Positions 57,212 to 64,000 of a stretch of 64,000 bases of DNA are shown here, piece after piece; position 1 is the stretch's first letter, and each line of letters starts with the position of its first letter. Made by a program: the position numbers and the translations under genes. The DNA comes from Terriglobia bacterium (GTDB taxonomy: Bacteria > Acidobacteriota > Polarisedimenticolia > Polarisedimenticolales > JAIQFR01). The DNA is taken from the NCBI GenBank assembly GCA_963748015.1, contig CAVVHE010000005.1:160001-224000 (forward strand), written 5' to 3'. Under the pieces are notes generated by a model that saw only the letters and a program-made list of their open reading frames with translations, made no database searches and was not told the origin of the DNA.

Positions 57212-57997
57212 ATGTCTGATTCAACTTCTCGGAAGATTCTTTTTTCTGCGGGTCGCTTGATCAGCAGCCCGCGGAGCAGTTTATCGTGGATTCGTCGTGG
57301 GCATCTTGCCAGGGACAGAGTTGTTGTCAGCCAGACCTATTGGTTTACGGGAATGTTGGCCAGGATTCCGTTGGCTGAGATCTTACCGGAATCCAGAGTT
57401 GTGGACGTGTGTCTGCCGCGGGCCTTTGACCGGAAGTACGGCACTTCCATCACGGCAGAGGAGGCCTGCCAGTTGGCCGCGATAGTGAAGTGTGTGGGTG
57501 CGAGGCAGATCCTGGAGATCGGCACGTACGATGGTAACACGACCCTGATCCTGGCTGCCAACTGCGATACGGTGGGCAGGGTCACGACCGTGGACCTGCC
57601 GCCAGACTTTGACCTGGAGACCGAGAGGTCAAGCTTGGTGTACGCAGAGGGTGAAGTCAACCTGACGCCCCGGGACGAGGTAGGCCGCCAGTATCGCGGA
57701 CATCCTCTCGAAGTGCGGATTCAGCAGGTTTTCGGTGACAGTGCTGCTCTGGATTGGGGGGCCTTCGGTGGTCCGTTCGACCTCATTTTCATCGATGGAT
57801 GTCATTCGGAACACTACGTGGATTCCGATACCAGGAACGCCCTTGCGCAGCTCGCTCCGAACGGCGCAATCGTCTGGCATGATTACGGCATGATCCCCGA
57901 TGTGTCGAAAGTCGTGGACCGGATCGCCCGGCAAAGGAAGGATCTGAGGGTATCCGCCTTGGAGGGCACTAGGCTCGCCTTGGGCATGCGATGTTGA
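57212..57997 (+). CDS. Class I SAM-dependent methyltransferase (Methyltransf_24-like)
   Basis: ILEIGT..G.TT, TVDLP, GDSA, FDLIFIDG.H..V..D, G.IVWHDY. Confidence 0.9.
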   Translation: MSDSTSRKILFSAGRLISSPRSSLSWIRRGHLARDRVVVSQTYWFTGMLARIPLAEILPESRVVDVCLPRAFDRKYGTSITAEEACQLAAIVKCVGARQILEIGTYDGNTTLILAANCDTVGRVTTVDLPPDFDLETERSSLVYAEGEVNLTPRDEVGRQYRGHPLEVRIQQVFGDSAALDWGAFGGPFDLIFIDGCHSEHYVDSDTRNALAQLAPNGAIVWHDYGMIPDVSKVVDRIARQRKDLRVSALEGTRLALGMRC

Positions 57998-58045
57998 CCC
58001 GCCATTGCTGCCCTTGTAGCACGCTTGTAACCCGGGAAAGCTTGA

Positions 58046-59851
58046 ATGTACGAAGCTGAAGTCAACGACATCTTCGAGCCGATAGGAAGCATTCCAGCAG
58101 CGATCCAGAACCGATTCGCGGAATACCGGCGTGAAATCTCTGCGCGAACCACCCTCCCCTGGGGTGAACATTGCACGGAGTGCAACTGGCCTACTTGCTA
58201 CACGTCCTGTGAACTCTATTCCCCCAGGACAGACGGGGCCTGTCGGCAGTTCTTGAACGGAATGGTGCGCATCGACTATGCCGAGGGCGTCAACCCTTAT
58301 CTGCTGAAACTGCAATTCAAGCAGTGGGCGAAACTGTGGACGGTGGGAAACCTCGAACTTCAGGACCCGTCCGTTGCCGCGAGGCGGGAAAAGCTGAACA
58401 TGGCGATTGGAGCACTGGGCCGCAAGCTGACGCTGCCGCGCCCTCTTCGGAGACGTGTCCTGGGCAAGATCAACTATCTGCGGCGCACCTCCGCGGAGAA
58501 GCGCAAAGAGCGCGGCATCCCGGATTACTTTGTCCTCGAGTGCTATAATCCTGAGCCGAAGCAGCTCGAACTCACGTTGACCGTGCGGCGGAGGGAACAA
58601 CCAGGGCATCCTCAGTTCCAGAGGAAACTTCGAGCCACGCCGGGATTCACGCGGGCTCGGGTGGTGTTTGGGGAGATGGCCACTGCGGTGGACATGAGTC
58701 AGGCGTTCGAAGTGGAAATCGTCCCGAACGATGCCGGCGGTTCGGTGCTTTACCTGGGACTGGCCGATTTCGTGAAGGAACGCCGCGACTTGTTTCGCCC
58801 CGGGACACCTAGTCCTCCGCGCAAGCTGTGGAAGTGCATCGTGTGGGATCTGGACAATACCCTCTGGGATGGAATCCTGGTGGAGGACGGAGTCAGTGGA
58901 ATCAGGCTCCGATCGGGCGTGCTGGATGTAATCAAGGAAACGGACCGCCGGGGCATTCTGCATTCCATTGCCAGCAAGAATAACCCTGAGGAAGCGATGA
59001 CAGTCCTGCGTCAGCTTGGCATTGACCGGTACTTCCTTCACCCTCAGATCAGATGGCAACCCAAGAGCCAATCCCTCGTCCAGATCGCCCAGCGCCTCAA
59101 CATCGGCGTCGAGACGATCGCCTTCGTGGACGACCAGGAATTCGAGCGAGAGGAGGTGCGATCGGCCATGCCGGACGTCGCCACGATCGACGCAGCACAC
59201 TACGCGACCATTCCCGAGCGTCCGGAGTGTTGCGTTCCGGTCACGGAGGAGAGCCGAAACCGGCGGCTGATGTATCGCGAGCAGCAGAAGCGGAAAGAGA
59301 CTGAGACCGCCTATGCGGGTGACTACCTGAAGTTCCTGCGGGACTGCCAACTCACCATCGACATGTCCCGGTTGAAGCAAGAGAACGTGGAACGTGTCTA
59401 CGAGTTGGCGCAGCGCACCAACCAGATGAACTTCTCGGGAAACCGTTACCCCCGAGAGCGGCTGAAGGAGATCATGGATACCCGTGGGTTGGACACTTAT
59501 GTGCTGAAGTGCACGGACCGATTCGGCAGCTATGGCGTCGTGGGCTTTGCTGTCGTTGAGACGAGTGAGCCGCGGTTACTGGACCTGATGTTCAGTTGCC
59601 GAATCCAAGGCAAGCGCGTCGAACACGCATTCCTATCCGCACTCCTGCAGCGATTCGTGGCAGGCCAGCGCCTCGATTTCCATGCCAATTATCGAAAAAC
59701 CCCCAAGAACACTCCCGCCGGCAGGGTTTTCGAGGAATTGGGTTTCGAGACCTGTGGTGAGAACGATGGGGTATCGTCCCTCGTATTTCGGCGCGGGCGG
59801 GAGATCCCGGATGACAAGATCATCCTGATACGGGAGGAGGGGTCCGATTAG
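58046..59851 (+). CDS. FkbH-like HAD-IIIC glyceryltransferase/phosphatase with a Cys-rich N-terminal domain
   Basis: KCIVWDLDNTLWDG, SIASKN, W.PKS, FVDD..FER, QRTNQMN, DRFG.YG.VG, FSCR. Confidence 0.9.
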   Translation: MYEAEVNDIFEPIGSIPAAIQNRFAEYRREISARTTLPWGEHCTECNWPTCYTSCELYSPRTDGACRQFLNGMVRIDYAEGVNPYLLKLQFKQWAKLWTVGNLELQDPSVAARREKLNMAIGALGRKLTLPRPLRRRVLGKINYLRRTSAEKRKERGIPDYFVLECYNPEPKQLELTLTVRRREQPGHPQFQRKLRATPGFTRARVVFGEMATAVDMSQAFEVEIVPNDAGGSVLYLGLADFVKERRDLFRPGTPSPPRKLWKCIVWDLDNTLWDGILVEDGVSGIRLRSGVLDVIKETDRRGILHSIASKNNPEEAMTVLRQLGIDRYFLHPQIRWQPKSQSLVQIAQRLNIGVETIAFVDDQEFEREEVRSAMPDVATIDAAHYATIPERPECCVPVTEESRNRRLMYREQQKRKETETAYAGDYLKFLRDCQLTIDMSRLKQENVERVYELAQRTNQMNFSGNRYPRERLKEIMDTRGLDTYVLKCTDRFGSYGVVGFAVVETSEPRLLDLMFSCRIQGKRVEHAFLSALLQRFVAGQRLDFHANYRKTPKNTPAGRVFEELGFETCGENDGVSSLVFRRGREIPDDKIILIREEGSD

Positions 59852-59867
59852 TGCCGCCGTCGCCAGC

Positions 59868-60656
59868 TTGTGGACCAGGGTTCGAGGTCGTTACCAGAGA
59901 ACGCTGTCGCGCCTGCTGTGCAGGCGTCCGATCGTGCTACGAAACCGGCAGCCACTGGTGTCGTTCACCTTTGACGACTTCCCGAAGTCGGCTCTGGAGT
60001 TTGGTGGCAGGGTTCTTCGCAAGCATGGACTGCGCGGAACCTACTATGCCTCGCTGGGTCTCATGGGACAGATGACACCCACTGGACAGATTTTCAGTTC
60101 TCAGGATTTACGCCGTGTGGTGGATGAGGGGCACGAATTGGGCTGTCACACCTTCGATCACTTTGACGCCTGGGAAACCCGGGCTGCGGCGTTTGAGGAA
60201 TCTGTCATTCGGAACACGCGCGCACTGCACGAACTGTTGCCGGGCATCGTCACCCGCACTCTCTCGTACCCGATGAGTCCGCCTCGACCTCACACCAAGA
60301 GAAGCATGCAAAGCCGGTTCGTGGGCTGTCGCGGCGGAGGGCAGACGATGAATGCCGGGACGATGGACCTGAACAACATGAGGGCATTCTTCCTTGAGCA
60401 GAGCCGGGGCGACATTGACGCGGTTCAGCGTTTAATCCACGCCAACCGCCGTGCCCGGGGATGGTTGATTCTGGCGACCCATGATATCTCGGAGGCTCCG
60501 ACTCCCTTCGGTTGTGCATCTGCCTTTTTCGAAGAGATTGCTGATCGCGTGGCTCGATCGGGTTCAAGAGTGTTGCCCGTGAGTGAAGTTCTTGGAGAAC
60601 TAATGCTCCCTGCACCTCCGACTCAGGATGCTCGTTTAGGATTCGCCCCGGGATGA
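59868..60656 (+). CDS. NodB-type polysaccharide deacetylase; start uncertain
   Basis: VSFTFDD, GHELGCHT..H, SYP, WLIL.TH. Confidence 0.88.
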   Translation: MWTRVRGRYQRTLSRLLCRRPIVLRNRQPLVSFTFDDFPKSALEFGGRVLRKHGLRGTYYASLGLMGQMTPTGQIFSSQDLRRVVDEGHELGCHTFDHFDAWETRAAAFEESVIRNTRALHELLPGIVTRTLSYPMSPPRPHTKRSMQSRFVGCRGGGQTMNAGTMDLNNMRAFFLEQSRGDIDAVQRLIHANRRARGWLILATHDISEAPTPFGCASAFFEEIADRVARSGSRVLPVSEVLGELMLPAPPTQDARLGFAPG

Positions 60657-61004
60657 AAGATGCCGGCTTGAAGTGTGCGGCTTCGAGCGTAATTATCGCA
60701 CAGACCTGTCCGGTTCTGATCTCGTCATGGCACATTTTGGCTCGAATTATCGGCGGAAGACTTGGTTTATTGTTGCTGATCGACACCAAGCAATCTCGAG
60801 TGCTGCTCCAACCTTCTGGGGTGGTGAGGTTTGTGGTGGTTGCGAGGCTCATCCGTGCACACTAGGACAGGGCTTGGCCTCCAACATGCTAACTGGTATT
60901 TAGCTTGGTCCGACGGATCGCTTGGACACTGGGGGGGCAATCGGCGGCGTGGAGTACGTTCCGACCTCAGTCGTTCGGTTTGAGTCGGTCAAGAGCATCA
61001 ACCA

Positions 61005-62732
61005 ATGAAATCAAGATTGCTCGCCCTCCTGGGTTCCCTCCTTCTATACCTGACCACTTCAGCTGACATCATCCCCTCCGAACGCCGAACCGACTGGAGC
61101 CACGCCGGCGTTGTTGGTGGGATCCCAACCGTTACCAAAATCTATACAAATCTGTCCCCTGGCGTCACCCTCGCCAAGCTGAACAGTTGCCTGGCCTCCT
61201 GCCCAAGTAATGAGGTCGTGTATCTCTCTCCGGGTGAGTACACTTTCGCTGGGCCGATCGATTTCGGGCAGAACGAGGGAGTCGTTCTTCGGGGTGCGGG
61301 AGCGGGGCGGACGATAATTACATTCAACGCACATGGCGGCAGCGCGAATATCACTATCGGGGAACAAACGGTTAACCGGGTTGCTCCACCTTCGGCGCAG
61401 GTCAAGAACTGGATAGGTGGCTATTCGCAAGGATCAACTTCCATCACCTTAGATAGCGTGAGCGGTCTGCCAAGCCCCGGGCACATCCTCGTGTTGGACC
61501 AGTTAGACGATAACGTGCTGGTTGATGCAGATATCCAAGAAGGGTGCGATTACTGCGGAAGACAAAGCGGGGAACGTACTATGGCGCAGTATGTGCGTAT
61601 TATGAATGTGGTTGGGAACAACGTGACGATATCCCCAGGCTTGCACATGCCAAATTGGCGCAGTGGCCAGTCACCTCAAGCGTGGTATTGGAATGAAAAG
61701 GACACAATCATGTGCGGTGTGGAAGACATTACCATCAATAATAACGTCAATTCCGGCCTCTTCGCCATCCAGATAACTCAAGCCCAGAACTGTTGGGTAA
61801 AGGATGTGCACATATACAAGAGCGCACAGGCGGCGATTGAAACTTCACTTTGTAAGAACATTGAGGTGCGGCGTGTAACGATGGCGCAAGCACAAAGCTC
61901 CACAAGTCAGAGCTACGGTGTAGTGTGGTACATGTGCTCCGACGGCTTGATGATTGATTGTATTGCACACGACATTACTGGAGCAATGAATTTTGGACCT
62001 CAAGCGGCGGGTTGCGTGGTGGCGTACAACTACTTCACTAATTTGGTTTACACACCAAATACATGGAACATCGCCGCTCTCGCAAGCCACGACGCGCACG
62101 TCTGTATGAATTTGCTGGAGGGAAATTATGCCAACACAGCCTACTTCGATTCAATACACGGTAGCTGTTCGCACAACACGGTTTTCAGGAATCGGCTTAC
62201 GGGATGGCAGCCTAATAGGTCAGGGAACACTGTGGCACTTGCGTTTGAGCAGTTTTGTCGAAGTAATAATGTAATTGGCAACGTCTTAGGCAAGAGCGGT
62301 TATCACACGTATTACAGCGTGACGAATCAATCGCAATGCGGTACGTACAGTGATAAATCGATATTCATCCTTGGAACTGGTAACGCCAATTGTGGCAGCG
62401 GTGCTTTGCCGTTGACTTGGGATCCGATTGTTGCGGCTTCTACGTTAATTCATGGTAACTACGACTACTTCAGGTTCTCGCAATCTTGGGATGGGGTGAT
62501 TAGCGACCGATTGATACCGGCGTCGCTCTTCTCCGTAAGCAAGCCAGCATTTTTTGGAAACCTTCCATATCCACCATTTGATCCTGCTAATCCAGCCTCG
62601 GCGTCGCCGACCAACATCCCGGCAGGCTACCGGTTCATTTTCGGAGTGGAACCGCCGGCGGACGGGAGGCCAGCGGCACCAAGTTCCCTCCGTATTGTTC
62701 CCGGTTCTGGCTATGCTGCTGCTAGCCACTAA
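61005..62732 (+). CDS. Secreted right-handed beta-helix (pectin lyase-like) protein
   Basis: Signal peptide, DWS.AGV.GGIP, VVYL.PG.Y, VVLRGAG, Asn-rich beta-helix repeats and a Pro-rich C-terminus. Confidence 0.75.
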   Translation: MKSRLLALLGSLLLYLTTSADIIPSERRTDWSHAGVVGGIPTVTKIYTNLSPGVTLAKLNSCLASCPSNEVVYLSPGEYTFAGPIDFGQNEGVVLRGAGAGRTIITFNAHGGSANITIGEQTVNRVAPPSAQVKNWIGGYSQGSTSITLDSVSGLPSPGHILVLDQLDDNVLVDADIQEGCDYCGRQSGERTMAQYVRIMNVVGNNVTISPGLHMPNWRSGQSPQAWYWNEKDTIMCGVEDITINNNVNSGLFAIQITQAQNCWVKDVHIYKSAQAAIETSLCKNIEVRRVTMAQAQSSTSQSYGVVWYMCSDGLMIDCIAHDITGAMNFGPQAAGCVVAYNYFTNLVYTPNTWNIAALASHDAHVCMNLLEGNYANTAYFDSIHGSCSHNTVFRNRLTGWQPNRSGNTVALAFEQFCRSNNVIGNVLGKSGYHTYYSVTNQSQCGTYSDKSIFILGTGNANCGSGALPLTWDPIVAASTLIHGNYDYFRFSQSWDGVISDRLIPASLFSVSKPAFFGNLPYPPFDPANPASASPTNIPAGYRFIFGVEPPADGRPAAPSSLRIVPGSGYAAASH

Positions 62733-62922
62733 CCGATGTGAGGGTTTGGCTTTTGCTGGCTGGCAGGTAGGAAGCCTCTTTCTTCAACATTACATCTCGA
62801 TGCACTAAACATTTGCCGGGCTTTGGCCAGCATAAATGCCTCCGAGCTGCGGCGGGTTGCATCTTGACACTGTCCTTAAGATTTGAGGAGTAACGGTTCC
62901 TCGACCGGCAGAAACAAAAACC

Positions 62923-64000
62923 ATGGAAGCCGTGTCGTCTCATGAAACTCCACACCCAAGTCTCTCCCTCGTCTGGCCGACATCGAACGCGAAGTCGTGG
63001 CCGAAAGCCGTGAATGGGGGCGTCAGCGTCTGCAGGAGCGCCTGCAACAACTCGCCGATGAGTCCGGCGAGGTTTTTCCCCCTCAAGCAACGCCGCCGCC
63101 GACCCCTAACGCTGCGCAGCGAACTGGGCGAAATCGAGCTCGTCGTTGACTACGGACAGCAACCCGGCTCGGGCCGATGGTGCTGCCCCCTCCGAGAGCA
63201 ATGGCAATTGGGGCCGCACGAGAAGATCACGCCCGGCTTTGCGGAGAAGCTTTGCTTTACGGCGACGGCGACCGGGTCTTACGAGGAAGCGGCGCAGGTC
63301 GCCAGCAAATGGTCGCAAACCGTGGATGACTCCACCCTGCATGCGCTGGTGCAACGGGTGGGCGCCCGTGCCGAAGGCCAGGCGCAACGACGCTATGAGG
63401 AGCCCGCCCAGGAACGATTGCCCCAGCGTGGCCCCAGCGAGTTGGGAGTCTTGATGGTGGATGGCTGTCAGCTTCGCTATCGCGGCGCCGGCTGGGGCAA
63501 GCAGAAGACCGGCGAAAACCGCGTCGAATGGCACGAATTGAAGCTGGGCGTGTTCTATCGGCACGAGGCAGCCGCCCGCACCGAGAGCGGCCGCGGCCTG
63601 TTGATCGACAAGCTGGTCGTCAGTTGGCAGGACCAAGCGCTGGAACTGGGGCGGCGGCTCCACTGGGAAGCCTTGCGGGAAGGACTGGCCCGGGCTCAGG
63701 ACACGCTGTTCCTGGCCGACGGAGCGCCCTGGACCTGGAACCTGAAGCAGGATCGCTGGAGCACGGCCCGGGGACTCTTGGACTTTTATCACGGCAGCGA
63801 ACACCTCTGGGAGCTGGGACGCGCCTTACACGGCCAGCAGCAGCCCGCGCTTTCGCAGTGGGTGGAACCCCTGCGGCATCAACTCCGACACGGAAAGGAA
63901 CGCCAGGTCTTGCGCCAGATCTTCCAGCTCAAGAAACGGCGCGGCGAGCCGGGGAAAGTGATTCAACGGGAACAGAATTATTTTCAAACCAATGCCGGCC
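62923..64000 (+). mobile_element. ISKra4/ISLre2-like (UPF0236) transposase, 3' partial
   Basis: Frame open to the window end: CPL, SYEEA, LMVDG, WHELKLG, LADGAPW.W, LLDFYH.SEHL. T5C5 tract at 63073-63082. Confidence 0.8.

Noticed and set aside
63073..63082. Programmed -1 frameshift in the ISKra4-like gene
   Set aside because: As assembled, the plausible upstream frame needs a +1 shift, and homopolymer errors are common in this window, so it cannot be called.

Overview
High-GC bacterial chromosomal window, most likely Verrucomicrobiota (inferred from gene content and repeat families, not proven). 0-7 kb: ABC-2-type permease, a conserved hypothetical gene, a DUF6883/DUF4926x2 toxin-immunity-like module, and a deoxyhypusine-synthase-like plus ornithine decarboxylase polyamine pair. 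7-22.4 kb: a sensor-less histidine kinase with a FixJ-type regulator, a tandem kinase/pseudokinase-like protein, and one long coupled operon (SulP, HTH-PTS EIIA, a six-gene Ni-less hydrogenase-4-related Ehr complex, then GNAT, SET and ATP-grasp genes). 22.3-29 kb: a PIN/AbrB toxin-antitoxin pair and a pile-up of truncated IS elements (ISNCY, IS21, ISAs1, DUF4338-ISAs1). 29-62.7 kb: a large exopolysaccharide locus with diacetamido-uronate sugar genes, four deacetylases, three GNAT/Fem-like proteins, an AsnB-like protein and FkbH, followed by an ISKra4-like transposase at the window edge. The top finding is a full-length tRNA-Asn(GTT)-like gene at 46358-46432 inside the EPS operon. It keeps its aminoacylation identity elements but has a broken EF-Tu-binding T-stem and U37, and it sits among Fem-type transferases. 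This suggests a dedicated non-proteinogenic tRNA for aminoacylating a polysaccharide. The many single-base frameshifts at 4-25 kb and 55-57 kb look like sequencing indels rather than true pseudogenes.
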